Shown: in pieces, positions 1 to 9,222 of the stretch | Layout of the letters: each line of letters starts with the position of its first letter | Numbering within the stretch: position 1 is the first letter of the stretch | Source: Coraliomargaritaceae bacterium | Lineage (GTDB): Bacteria > Verrucomicrobiota > Verrucomicrobiia > Opitutales > Coraliomargaritaceae | DNA length: 64,000 bases | Assembly: GCA_045565635.1 (NCBI GenBank) | Contig: JBJLEY010000019.1 | Span: forward strand, 4,280 to 68,279 | Direction of reading: 5' to 3' | Program-made: the position numbers and the translations under genes | Notes under the pieces: generated by a model | What the model was told of the DNA's origin: nothing | Databases searched by the model: none | Seen by the model: the letters and a program-made list of their open reading frames with translations, nothing else

Positions 1-165
1 TAAAACCCCCGGCATGATCGGATTTCCTGGATAATGTCCTTGGAATTGGGGCTCATCCTCTCGGATTGTTCGTGTGCAGATCGCCTTGTTTTCTGTCACT
101 TCAACAATCTCATCAACAAATAAAAATGGGGGGCGATGTGGTATTTTTTTTAAGATCTCTTCCAT
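1..165 (-). CDS. fabZ: 3-hydroxyacyl-ACP dehydratase FabZ, N-terminal 55 codons only (gene runs off the left edge)
   Basis: The minus-strand translation of 165..1 reads MEEILKKIPHRPPFLFVDEIVEVTENKAICTRTIREDEPQFQGHYPGNPIMPGVL. The PHRxPFLxVD and GH(F/Y)PGxPxMPGVL motifs are the FabZ hot-dog dehydratase N-terminal signature. Confidence 0.7.
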   Translation of the reverse strand, partial: MEEILKKIPHRPPFLFVDEIVEVTENKAICTRTIREDEPQFQGHYPGNPIMPGVL

Positions 166-237
166 AAAACTCTAACGGTAGGAATTATCGCAGACTCTGC
201 GATATAAAAATTTACTTCCTGAAATTGCTTTTAGACT

Positions 238-1713
238 TTATTGCGCCCCAACCATTTCTAATTTAGACTGCTCAAAAAGCCATTTATCTAACTTATTCGC
301 GGTAATCACTCCATAGTTCATACTACCAAGCCAACCTGACATAATGATGCCCACAGAGCCAGCATGATACAGTCCGCTAATTTGATCGGATAATTCTAAA
401 GACACTTTCAATCCTTCAAACTTTGTCCCGAAAGAGGTTCCTTGCATAGATTTCGTGAAGTAATTCACTGTTCTCGGAGTCGCTGCTTCAATATGATCAA
501 TCTTATCTCGTACGTCTGGGATAAACGACTCTAAACTGGCTAAGCATTCTTCACAAATCCGGGCCTTTTCTTTTTCATACTCTGCTTCAGAAAGTTGCTC
601 CCATTCGTCCCAACGACTATTCAAAGAAGCAACAACTGCATATCGTTTTTCTTTAAGGTGTGGGCGCGTCTCCGGATAATAAAGTGAAAAGGTATGACTG
701 CTTGTCTTAATCGATGTCAGTTCATCAATCGAATATTCGTCTGCTTTAGAGGTAAAAACAAGGTCTCCTATATTTGGAATTGTTTCCCCTTTTTTAATCC
801 CCATGTACACTTGGCACGAACTCGTATTATTACGTACTGCTTTTACCTCATTAATATATTCCTTACTAAAATGCTCTTCACCGACTAAATGTTCTATTGT
901 ATTCCGAACGTTTGCGTTTGATAGCACAGCACGGCATTGAATTTCTCTAATAGGAAATTCAACTCCGCCTGTATTTTGACTCCGAGCACACACTCCCGCA
1001 ACTTGCCCATTTTCAATCTTTACTTCTTCAACTAAGGCACATTTGCGAACCTCACAGCCATTCGATTTCAATTCTGCCACCATCTTTTTGATCAAAGTAT
1101 CCGTTCCACCTTGGAAAGTGAATACCCCTTTGTTCATAAAATTAGAAAAAACAATCCCGTAAGTGATTGCCGGATCATTGATGTGCGAACCATTCGCGTA
1201 AGAAATCGGCTCCATTAAGAGTCGGTGCACATCCGTACGACCAGGGAAAAATTCTTCAAACATTTCACCTGATGTCTGAGTATTATCATCATAAAAGTTC
1301 ATCTGCCTTAAATGATCGTAGAAACCTTCTACTTTATCTCTATCAATACCAAAATCTTCCACCAATATCTTGGTAAAATCATCGCGATCAAAACTCGTCC
1401 AAACATCCATTTGAGGATTAATGAATCGTACATCTTTTAATTGGATAATTGAATCAGCGATTTCCTTTGTCCAATATTTGCGGCAGGATTTCACCATTCC
1501 ATACGGAAACCCATGCAGCGAAATATCGAAAATATGCCCTCCTGGACGTTTGAACCAGGTTGCTAATCCTCCAAACTGATAATGGTGCTCTAGCAGAAGT
1601 ACTTTATGCCCATTTTTAGCTAAATAATTAGCACTGGTCAACCCGCCAAGACCTGAGCCAATAATGACTACGTCATAACTATCTTCAATACCTGCTAACC
1701 AATCTTTTGCCAT
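238..1713 (-). CDS. NAD(P)/FAD-dependent oxidoreductase, phytoene-desaturase/amine-oxidase superfamily; substrate unknown
   Basis: 491-aa ORF with an N-terminal Rossmann motif [29 protein letters not shown] (GxGxxG followed by an acidic residue). Confidence 0.7.
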   Translation of the reverse strand: MAKDWLAGIEDSYDVVIIGSGLGGLTSANYLAKNGHKVLLLEHHYQFGGLATWFKRPGGHIFDISLHGFPYGMVKSCRKYWTKEIADSIIQLKDVRFINPQMDVWTSFDRDDFTKILVEDFGIDRDKVEGFYDHLRQMNFYDDNTQTSGEMFEEFFPGRTDVHRLLMEPISYANGSHINDPAITYGIVFSNFMNKGVFTFQGGTDTLIKKMVAELKSNGCEVRKCALVEEVKIENGQVAGVCARSQNTGGVEFPIREIQCRAVLSNANVRNTIEHLVGEEHFSKEYINEVKAVRNNTSSCQVYMGIKKGETIPNIGDLVFTSKADEYSIDELTSIKTSSHTFSLYYPETRPHLKEKRYAVVASLNSRWDEWEQLSEAEYEKEKARICEECLASLESFIPDVRDKIDHIEAATPRTVNYFTKSMQGTSFGTKFEGLKVSLELSDQISGLYHAGSVGIIMSGWLGSMNYGVITANKLDKWLFEQSKLEMVGAQ

Positions 1714-1903
1714 AGTCTATTTAGTTTATATAAAATGTGTTACCCTGTTTATTAATCGAATGCTTATCTAACGAAATGAAAAACAAGCTAAACTCACAAT
1801 AAAAATATCTATTTAATTTTCAAGAAATTGCAGGCAAATTTTAGAATATAGGATTTCTAGCTTTATTTTCAGCTTAAAAAATATAGCTTGGCCTTTTGTA
1901 AAA

Positions 1904-3169
1904 ATGGAAAGAATACGACAATTATTTAAAGCTCTAGGGCCGGGTATATTAATTGCTTGTGCCGCTGTTGGTGGCTCTCATTTAGTATGGTCGACGAGGG
2001 CAGGTGCCGAATATGGATGGTCTCTACTCGGTCTCGTCCTCCTAGCAAACTTCCTGAAATTCCCCTTCTTTTATTTTGGGCAACATTACACCGCAGTCAC
2101 AGGAGAAAGCTTACTTTCTGGGTACAAGCGACAAGGCGTGTTTTATTTATATGTATTTATCGCCATTAATTTACTCACTGGAACCATTAACATCGCAGCT
2201 GTTAGTATGCTCACAGCATCATTAAGTATTCCATTTTTAGGGTTTCTAAACTTAGAGCTTACCCATCTTACAATTCTTATCGCGCTACTACTTTCCGGTA
2301 TTCTTTTTATAGGCAATTATGCGATACTCGATCGATTATCCAAGTGGATTATTCTTATATTAACAGCCTTTACCGTACTCGCAGTCGCCTTAGCTTTCTT
2401 CAATCAAGGCCCAACTCTTGAAACCGCTTTAAGACCGGAGGTTAACCCATTCAAATTAGCCTCTTTGGCATTCATCATCAGTCTCCTTGGATGGATGCCC
2501 GCCCCAATTGATTTATCCACTTGGTCATCCCTATGGATGCACAGCCGAGAAGCACAGACCCAACACAAGGCCTCTCCAAAAGAAGTTGCGATTGATTTTT
2601 CAATCGGCTACGGAATAACGACTTTGCTTGCCTGTTTATTTTTGGCCCTAGGAGCATTGACCTTATTTGAAACAGGCGCAGAGATTCCTCAAAGCGGCAT
2701 CCAATTTTCTAATCAACTTATCGAACTCTATACCAGCTCGATTGGCTCATTCGCAAAACCCATAATCATAATCGCCGCATTCTTTACCATGCTGAGTACG
2801 ACGCTAACCTGTCTTGATGGTTATCCGCGTTCTCTCGCCACCAGCTTTCTTTTATTAAAGACCACTTCAAATAAATCTCATTCTATAAAAAAGAGCCACT
2901 ATTCCGCCATGCTCATTGCCTACACTGTGGCCGCATCGATCATACTTTTACTTTTTGTTAAAAACCTAATCTCCCTCCTCAGCTTCGCTGCCATTGTTGC
3001 TTTTTTATCTTCTCCAATTCTCGCTTGGTTTAATTTAAAAGTCATGACGGACTCAAATGTCTCTCGTGAGCATCAACCCGCATTCTGGATAAAATTAACC
3101 AGCTATGTTGGTATTACATTCTTTACTCTTATTTCTTGCCTTTTTATTTACCATCATTTCATTCGATAA
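1904..3169 (+). CDS. Nramp-related polytopic membrane transporter with non-canonical binding-site motifs
   Basis: 421-aa hydrophobic [35 protein letters not shown] resembles the Nramp TM1 region (..DPGN....QAGAxxGYxLL), but DPGN is replaced by GGSH. The TM6-like segment GWMPAP stands where MPH normally is. Confidence 0.55.
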   Translation: MERIRQLFKALGPGILIACAAVGGSHLVWSTRAGAEYGWSLLGLVLLANFLKFPFFYFGQHYTAVTGESLLSGYKRQGVFYLYVFIAINLLTGTINIAAVSMLTASLSIPFLGFLNLELTHLTILIALLLSGILFIGNYAILDRLSKWIILILTAFTVLAVALAFFNQGPTLETALRPEVNPFKLASLAFIISLLGWMPAPIDLSTWSSLWMHSREAQTQHKASPKEVAIDFSIGYGITTLLACLFLALGALTLFETGAEIPQSGIQFSNQLIELYTSSIGSFAKPIIIIAAFFTMLSTTLTCLDGYPRSLATSFLLLKTTSNKSHSIKKSHYSAMLIAYTVAASIILLLFVKNLISLLSFAAIVAFLSSPILAWFNLKVMTDSNVSREHQPAFWIKLTSYVGITFFTLISCLFIYHHFIR

Positions 3170-3173
3170 AATT

Positions 3174-3605
3174 ATGAAAAAGCTGAAAATTCTCATTCTC
3201 TGTACTGGAAATTCCTGTCGGTCCCACATGGCAGAAGGTATTTTAAGAAATTCTGCCAATGATCTTTTTGAAGTCTTTTCCGCAGGATCAAATCCCAAAG
3301 GAGAAGTCCATCCCTTGGCCACTGAAGCCTTAAAAGAAATCGAGATCGATATATCCCACCATACTTCAGACCATCTTGATCTTTATTTAAATTCTGGTAT
3401 CGATATCGTGATCACTGTTTGTGATAATGCGAAAGAAGCATGCCCTGTATTTCCTAATACTCCTACGACTTACCATTGGTCGTTTGAAGATCCTCCGCAC
3501 GCTGCACAAGAAGGAGAATCTGAAATGGATGCCTTCCGCCGCATCCGCGATCAAATCAAACTTGTTTTTGAAGCCTATGTTGCCGGCTACAGAGACGCAC
3601 AATAA
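3174..3605 (+). CDS. arsC: Arsenate reductase, thioredoxin-coupled LMW-PTP type
   Basis: The CX5R P-loop is present as [17 protein letters not shown]. The second cysteine pair in [11 protein letters not shown] is equivalent to Cys82/Cys89 of S. aureus pI258 ArsC. I moved the start to the ATG at 3174 (MKKLKILIL). The ORF-track start at 3105 only adds a hydrophobic extension that overlaps the upstream gene. Confidence 0.85.
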   Translation: MKKLKILILCTGNSCRSHMAEGILRNSANDLFEVFSAGSNPKGEVHPLATEALKEIEIDISHHTSDHLDLYLNSGIDIVITVCDNAKEACPVFPNTPTTYHWSFEDPPHAAQEGESEMDAFRRIRDQIKLVFEAYVAGYRDAQ

Positions 3606-3623
3606 TTTTTACAATCAACTATT

Positions 3624-4292
3624 ATGAAAGCTAAGCTCATCACTGAATTCATCGGAACTTTTTTCTTGTATCTTATTATCAGTTTATCTGCTGTAGTAGG
3701 TAACGCAGGTAACTTAGCCCCTTTAGCTATTGGAGTTGGTCTCACCGCGATTTGCTTTGCTTCAGGACACCGTTCAAAAGCACACTTTAACCCTGCAGTA
3801 ACCGCAGCTTTTCTTATAACGAAGAACCAGCCGGCAAGAGAATCTTTCTTTTATTGTATCGTCACGATAGCGGGCGCAGCACTCGCTGCCTATGTAGCTC
3901 TGATAATAATACCGGCACCTTTTCAGGCAATCATTGATAATAGTACGGGCTTACAGCATTCCGAAAACTTTCAATTAATTCCAGCTATCGTTAGTGAATT
4001 TTTATTCACTTTTGCTTTAGTCTGGGTCATCCTGAATGTTGCCATTTCCAAAGGAACCGAAGGTAATGGATTTTATGGAATAGCGATAGGTTTTGTTGTC
4101 GCCACTGGAGCTTTTTCCGTTGGTTCTATCTCCGGCGCTTCGTTTAATCCGGCTGTGAATGTTGGTCTATTAATCCATCAGGTAATTGATCTTAAACTAT
4201 TTGCAATTTACACAGTTACACAAGTATTTGCTAGTTTGTTTGCCTCATTTATTTTTAATTCCATAGAGCCTAAAAGTGAAGCCAGTGCCTGA
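3624..4292 (+). CDS. MIP-family channel (aquaporin/aquaglyceroporin), candidate arsenite channel
   Basis: 222-aa ORF predicted to have six transmembrane segments, with two NPA boxes (HFNPAVTAAFL and SFNPAVNVGLL). It lies 18 nt downstream of arsC. Confidence 0.85.
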   Translation: MKAKLITEFIGTFFLYLIISLSAVVGNAGNLAPLAIGVGLTAICFASGHRSKAHFNPAVTAAFLITKNQPARESFFYCIVTIAGAALAAYVALIIIPAPFQAIIDNSTGLQHSENFQLIPAIVSEFLFTFALVWVILNVAISKGTEGNGFYGIAIGFVVATGAFSVGSISGASFNPAVNVGLLIHQVIDLKLFAIYTVTQVFASLFASFIFNSIEPKSEASA

Positions 4293-5130
4293 ATTAAACG
4301 GTGAAATAACAAAAGCTGTCGCCGATCGCTTATCGATAATTGAAGCATTATTACCAAAATTAGAAGAAGAAGTATTAGCCTTACAAGAAAGCTCTAAGTC
4401 CCGAAAAACAAAAACCAATGTTTTTGATTTAGTTACCGAAGCAGACTTGTATTCAGAAAAAGTAATCACTGCAGCGATTCAAAAACATTTTCCTAAAGAT
4501 ACAATAGTAGCCGAAGAAGGAACGAATCACGACCTTCCCAATCCCGAATCATTTACATGGGTGATTGATCCTATTGATGGAACAGTAAATTTCGCAAACA
4601 GCCTACATCACTGGGGCATATCTGTGGGAATTGTCACTCAAAATACACCCGTAGGTGGTATTGTTTCTGCACCCGCATTGAATTTAAGATTTCGAGCAAT
4701 TAAAGGACAAGGGTCCACTAAAAATGGAACACGGATAAGGGTTAGCGATAAATCTAAACTATCTGAAGGAGTTATTGTCACAGGCTTTCCTTATGACCGA
4801 GCCATGCGAGCAGAGCCTCTTTCAAAGGCTCTTGCTAATTTTCTCATAGTTGCGGGTGGTGTGCGCCGCTACGGAGCCGCCGCTCTTGATTTTTGCTCTA
4901 TTGCAGATGGAACAACAATTGGATACTACGAGATGCAATTAAAGCCTTGGGATATGGCTGCTGGCTTGGTCATCGCCGAAGAAGCGGGCGCAAAGATTAC
5001 CGATTTTGACGGAAATCCAGTAGATCTATTTAAAAGTCACGGTGTTGTTGTTGCAAACTCCAGCATTCATAAAATCATGCTACCACTCACCGCACCCATG
5101 TTGGATGCGATTGCTATCACAGTGAAATAG
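4276..5130 (+). CDS. Inositol monophosphatase family protein (SuhB/CysQ-like)
   Basis: IMPase motifs are present: WVIDPIDGTVNFANS and GAAALDFCSIADG. The GTG start overlaps the aquaporin stop by 17 nt. Confidence 0.8.
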   Translation: MKPVPELNGEITKAVADRLSIIEALLPKLEEEVLALQESSKSRKTKTNVFDLVTEADLYSEKVITAAIQKHFPKDTIVAEEGTNHDLPNPESFTWVIDPIDGTVNFANSLHHWGISVGIVTQNTPVGGIVSAPALNLRFRAIKGQGSTKNGTRIRVSDKSKLSEGVIVTGFPYDRAMRAEPLSKALANFLIVAGGVRRYGAAALDFCSIADGTTIGYYEMQLKPWDMAAGLVIAEEAGAKITDFDGNPVDLFKSHGVVVANSSIHKIMLPLTAPMLDAIAITVK

Positions 5131-5359
5131 TGTGCAGGTATAGAAACCCTCTTTTTGCCTCTATCTATCTTTTGATATAAACTACTCTGATAATTCCACC
5201 CTAATGCGATAAAAGCTGTTAGGTATATTATTATGCTCGGCATCAGTGTGACTTGAAGTTGGATAACTGAAAGTTTGAATAGTTTGAAATGCATTACCCA
5301 AACCATTTGTCCATTCCAAATGATATAGCCTACCTTCAGCTCCGCCAATTTATTCCCTA

Positions 5360-5439
<80 letters not shown>

Positions 5440-5500
5440 CCAAAACTACTAAAACCATCAAAAAAAGTATTTCTGTCAATGCTCTTTCCTCATTATTCGT

Positions 5501-5528
5501 TTGAAAGAATGGATTACCCTATTATATA
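5501..5528 (+). promoter_or_regulatory. Candidate sigma-70-like promoter for the DUF3127 gene
   Basis: TTGAAA (5501-5506), a 16-nt spacer, then TATATA (5523-5528). The -10 element ends 27 nt upstream of the ATG at 5556. This is pattern only, and promoter rules for this lineage are unknown. Confidence 0.3.
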
Positions 5529-5555
5529 GAGTAAATTTAACCTATTAATAACATT

Positions 5556-5894
5556 ATGCCATTTGACATTTCAGGAACTATTAAGGAAATCTTTGAGGTA
5601 CAAACTTTTGCCAATGATTTCAAAAAACGAGAATTTTTACTAACTACGGAAAACGAGAAATACCCTCAAAATATTATTTTCGGCTGTTTGAAAGATAAAA
5701 TTGAACTACTTGAATCGGTTAAAGCAGGCGATACTGTGACAGTTCATTTTGATATCAGTTGCCGAGAATGGAACGAGAAACATTTTGTAAATCTGAACGC
5801 TTGGAAAATTGACACTCAATCTGGGAGTTCTTCAAATGATGCAAATAAATCGCACAGTTCAGATGTTGTACTCGACGAAGAGCCACCGTTTTAA
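5556..5894 (+). CDS. DUF3127-like OB-fold protein with SSB-like acidic C-terminal tip
   Basis: The N-terminal ~85 aa (ISGTIKEIFEVQTF.. FKKREFLLTTE..YPQ.I.F....DKIELL..VKAGD.V.V.FDI..REW) matches my recollection of the DUF3127 family. The tail SGSSSNDANKSHSSDVVLDEEPPF ends like the SSB tip (DDDIPF). Confidence 0.6.
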   Translation: MPFDISGTIKEIFEVQTFANDFKKREFLLTTENEKYPQNIIFGCLKDKIELLESVKAGDTVTVHFDISCREWNEKHFVNLNAWKIDTQSGSSSNDANKSHSSDVVLDEEPPF

Positions 5895-5920
5895 TCGATA
5901 TTAGTTTTTCCTTATACTCC

Positions 5921-7108
5921 TTATACTTGAGCAATTAATCCTTTGATAGGTAGATCTACTTCTACCTCTGCAGAGTAGTCGATGCCCTTTAAGCCAAAAC
6001 CAAAGAGTTCAAGGAATTCTTTTTGGTATGAAGCAAAATCTGAAAGCTCTCTAAGATTTTCCGACGTGACCTTAGGCCAGATGGCGGAGACTTCTGCTTG
6101 AACTTCTGCATCCATTTCCCAGTCATCCACACGAATACGCCCTGCTTCATCTAAATTAAGCGAGCCATCGTATAAACGATCTTTAAAAAGTCGTACAATT
6201 TGCTCAATACATCCTTCATGGGTGCCTTTCGCTTTCATGATCTTAAAAAGGATTGAAATATAAAGTGGCACGACTGGAATTGCAGAGCTTGCTTGTGTTA
6301 CGACTGCTTTATTCACCGAAACATAGGCATCGATCCCATATTTTTTGTGGATTGCACGACTGGCTCGCTCTACATTTAGTTTTGCTGTACCAATTGTTCC
6401 ATTCTTATATACTGGCCATGTTACTTCGGGGCCAATGTACGAATAAGCAACCGTCTTTGTTTTTGAGGTTAGGACACCTGCTTCAGAAAGTGCTTCCATC
6501 CAAAGCTCCCAATCTTCTCCACCCATCACCTTCACGGTATTATTAATATCTTCTTCGTTTGCTGGCTCAATAGAAACACTTTCAACTAAGCCTTTGTTTG
6601 TGTCTAAACTAGTATTAGTGAAGCTAGTACCAATTGGCTTTAAACAAGATTTATAAACAGTTCCATCCGCTGGATCAATTCTTTTGGGAGAGGCCAAACT
6701 ATAAATCACACAATCCACTGTGCCCCAATCTTCCTTAATAGTTTGGATTACATTTGCCTTTATCTCATTAGAAAAAGCGTCTCCATTTATACTCTTTGCA
6801 TATAAGCCAGCTGCATGTGCTTCATTTTCAAAGGCAACCGTATTATACCAGCCTGCGCTTGCTGGTTTACCATTAGTGGAAGGGCGTTCAAAAAAAACGC
6901 CCAAGGTATCTGCTCCACTAGAAAATGCAGCTGTGATTCTTGAAGATAATCCATAGCCCGTGGATGAGCCGATGACTAAAACTTTTTTCGGGCCTGCTTC
7001 AAGTGGGCTCGCCTTAGCTACTGTGATCTCATCGTTCACTTTTTTTGCACAACCCGCTGGGTGTGCAGTGATGCAAACAAATCCTCGTATTTTAGGTTCA
7101 ATAATCAT
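5921..7108 (-). CDS. fabV: Enoyl-ACP reductase FabV (trans-2-enoyl-CoA reductase family)
   Basis: MIIEPKIRGFVCITAHPAGCAKKV.., VLVIGSSTGYGLSSRI, YSLASP and VTQASSAIPV are near-diagnostic FabV blocks compared with Vibrio FabV. Length is 395 aa. Confidence 0.85.
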   Translation of the reverse strand: MIIEPKIRGFVCITAHPAGCAKKVNDEITVAKASPLEAGPKKVLVIGSSTGYGLSSRITAAFSSGADTLGVFFERPSTNGKPASAGWYNTVAFENEAHAAGLYAKSINGDAFSNEIKANVIQTIKEDWGTVDCVIYSLASPKRIDPADGTVYKSCLKPIGTSFTNTSLDTNKGLVESVSIEPANEEDINNTVKVMGGEDWELWMEALSEAGVLTSKTKTVAYSYIGPEVTWPVYKNGTIGTAKLNVERASRAIHKKYGIDAYVSVNKAVVTQASSAIPVVPLYISILFKIMKAKGTHEGCIEQIVRLFKDRLYDGSLNLDEAGRIRVDDWEMDAEVQAEVSAIWPKVTSENLRELSDFASYQKEFLELFGFGLKGIDYSAEVEVDLPIKGLIAQV

Positions 7109-7118
7109 AAAGTTTTTA

Positions 7119-8477
7119 TTAAGAGCGCCCTATGCTTTGTGCGTCAAAACCTATCTGACGAAGCGCTTCGATATCTAAGATGTTTCTTCCGTCATAAATA
7201 AACGCTGGTTTACGCATAATCTCATATATTCTTGTGAAATCGAGGGATTTAAAAACATCCCATTCAGTTAAGACTAAAATTGCATCTGCATCTTTTGCCG
7301 CTTCATATGGATCATCGGAGATAAAGACTTTTTTATTATCATCAGCCACATTTAAGTCTTTGCGAATTTGAGCCTCACTGACCTTTGGGTCGTAGATAAC
7401 CACATTTGCACTTTCCTCTAGCAAATTACTTGCAATAGAAATAGCCGCTGACTCTCGTGTATCATTCGTATCTTTTTTGAAAGCAAATCCAAACAATGCA
7501 ATTTTTTTATGTGAGACCGTATTAAATAAATGACTCAAAACATTTTGGGAAAAACGTTTTTTCTGATAATCATTCATTTCAATAACGCTATTCCAATAAT
7601 CGGCGACTTCAGGTAAGCCAAAATGCTCACACATGTAGGCTAAGTTTAAAATATCCTTTTTGAAGCAAGATCCACCAAATCCAACCGACGCTTTTAAGAA
7701 TTTTGGTCCGATACGATGATCGGTTCCGATTGCATGAGCCACCTCATCAACATTTGCACCGGTGACTTCGCATAATGCAGAGATTGCATTAATAGAAGAA
7801 ATACGTTGGGCTAAAAATGCATTGGCTGTAAGCTTGGATAATTCTGAAGACCATACATTAGTAGTAATAATCTTTTCCCTAGGTACCCAATTTTCATAAA
7901 TGCTCACCAACTGATTCACTGCAGCCTGCCCTTCTTCTGTTGAATCGCCTCCAATTAAAACACGATCAGGGGATTCAAGATCTTGAATCGCAGTACCCTC
8001 TGCCAAAAATTCTGGGTTAGATAAAATTTGAAAGTTTCTACCTTTAGCATTGGCTGTCAAAATTTGCTTAATGGATTCGGCAGTTCGCACGGGTAAAGTA
8101 GATTTTTCAACTACAATCTTATCTCCTTTGGCAACCTTAGCGATTTGTCTCGCACAACTTTCGACGTAACGCAGATCAGCTGCTCGCCCTGCCCCAGTGC
8201 CTGACGTTTTAGTCGGAGTGTTAACTGCTAGAAAGATCATATCCGAGTCTAATATCGCCTTATCCACATCTGAAGAGAAAAATAAATTCTTGCCACGGCA
8301 TTCTTGCACCACTGCATCTAAACCAGGTTCGTAAACGGGCAACTGATCTGAATTCCATTCGGCGATCCGTTGTTTATTAATGTCGACAACCGTAACTTCA
8401 ATATCGGGGCATTTTTGGGCGATAACAGCCATTGTTGGTCCACCAACATAACCCGCTCCTATACAACATACTTTCAT
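7119..8477 (-). CDS. ugd: UDP-glucose 6-dehydrogenase
   Basis: The N-terminal motif is [17 protein letters not shown]. The catalytic-Cys region is [10 protein letters not shown]. The 452-aa length and layout are typical of UGDH. Confidence 0.9.
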   Translation of the reverse strand: MKVCCIGAGYVGGPTMAVIAQKCPDIEVTVVDINKQRIAEWNSDQLPVYEPGLDAVVQECRGKNLFFSSDVDKAILDSDMIFLAVNTPTKTSGTGAGRAADLRYVESCARQIAKVAKGDKIVVEKSTLPVRTAESIKQILTANAKGRNFQILSNPEFLAEGTAIQDLESPDRVLIGGDSTEEGQAAVNQLVSIYENWVPREKIITTNVWSSELSKLTANAFLAQRISSINAISALCEVTGANVDEVAHAIGTDHRIGPKFLKASVGFGGSCFKKDILNLAYMCEHFGLPEVADYWNSVIEMNDYQKKRFSQNVLSHLFNTVSHKKIALFGFAFKKDTNDTRESAAISIASNLLEESANVVIYDPKVSEAQIRKDLNVADDNKKVFISDDPYEAAKDADAILVLTEWDVFKSLDFTRIYEIMRKPAFIYDGRNILDIEALRQIGFDAQSIGRS

Positions 8478-8523
8478 AAGCCATTATAAAACCAAGGTGT
8501 TTTACTTACGACAAGATTTAAAT

Positions 8524-9135
8524 TTACTGCGTAATTTTTTTAAGGTTCAAAAAATACTCCCAATCTTTTTCGTAAGATTGTCCGATTAATGAACTAATAA
8601 AGGGACGCCATCTAGGTCGCTCTGGCTTCTTAATTAAGTGCATATTTGCTTGGTGTGGTAAACGATTCGCTTTTTTAGAATTACATTTAATACACGAAGT
8701 TACAATATTCTCCCAAGAGGTCTTGCCTCCTTGATCTCTAGGAATGACATGATCCATATTTAAAAAAGCTGATTCTAATTGATTGCCACAGTATTGGCAG
8801 CGGTGATTATCTCTTTCTAGCAAATTTTCTCGACTGAACTTCACTTCGTGCACAGGCACTTGAGAGTAAGAACGCAACAAAAGTACTTTTGGGACTAACA
8901 CTTTTAATCGCACGGTCTGAATATACTCATCCGAAGATTCTCCCAAATCTTGCATTTCTTGGGATAACTCCAACCAAGCGCCTGAATTCATTAATCGATA
9001 ACTCTGGTCGCTCGTATAGATTACTTGTGCGTTATCTTGAAGCAGAAGACTAAAGCCTCGCTCGACTCCTACAATATTAACGGCCTGCCAAAGGCGGTTA
9101 AGAACTAAAATTTTATAGTTCAAATTAATCTTCAT
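8524..9135 (-). CDS. HNH endonuclease family protein
   Basis: The C-terminal HNH/zinc motif is HRCQYCGN...DHVIPRDQGGKTSWENIVTSCIKCNSKK. The N-terminal domain is uncharacterised. Confidence 0.8.
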   Translation of the reverse strand: MKINLNYKILVLNRLWQAVNIVGVERGFSLLLQDNAQVIYTSDQSYRLMNSGAWLELSQEMQDLGESSDEYIQTVRLKVLVPKVLLLRSYSQVPVHEVKFSRENLLERDNHRCQYCGNQLESAFLNMDHVIPRDQGGKTSWENIVTSCIKCNSKKANRLPHQANMHLIKKPERPRWRPFISSLIGQSYEKDWEYFLNLKKITQ

Positions 9136-9222
9136 CGGAAAACAGTATTTATAGGCTGAGACAAAAAAGTGTCAATGATTTGCTAATAATACTCGGTATT
9201 TTTTAAAAGCTATTTTCTCGAA

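Noticed and set aside
3105-3173. N-terminal extensions proposed by the ORF track for arsC (3105), thrH (28517) and the NadR-like kinase (30102).
   Set aside because: Each extension overlaps the upstream gene or intergenic repeats and adds residues absent from the family. The family-typical N-termini begin at internal ATGs (3174, 28577/28583, 30156).
5067-5348. A 93-aa minus-strand ORF between the IMPase gene and tRNA-Pro, with two hydrophobic stretches, considered as a possible small membrane protein.
   Set aside because: Its 3' end overlaps the IMPase gene antisense by 64 nt. It has no motif and no obvious upstream signals, and it abuts the tRNA 3' end. It is probably spurious and cannot be supported from sequence alone.
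6266-6284. A TGGCAC...TTGCA sequence resembling a sigma-54 -24/-12 promoter, of interest because an NtrC-family activator is encoded in the window.
   Set aside because: The GG-to-GC spacing is 3 nt too long compared with the TGGCAC-N5-TTGC consensus. The site also lies inside the fabV coding region on the opposite strand. I found no properly spaced sigma-54 promoter in any intergenic region.
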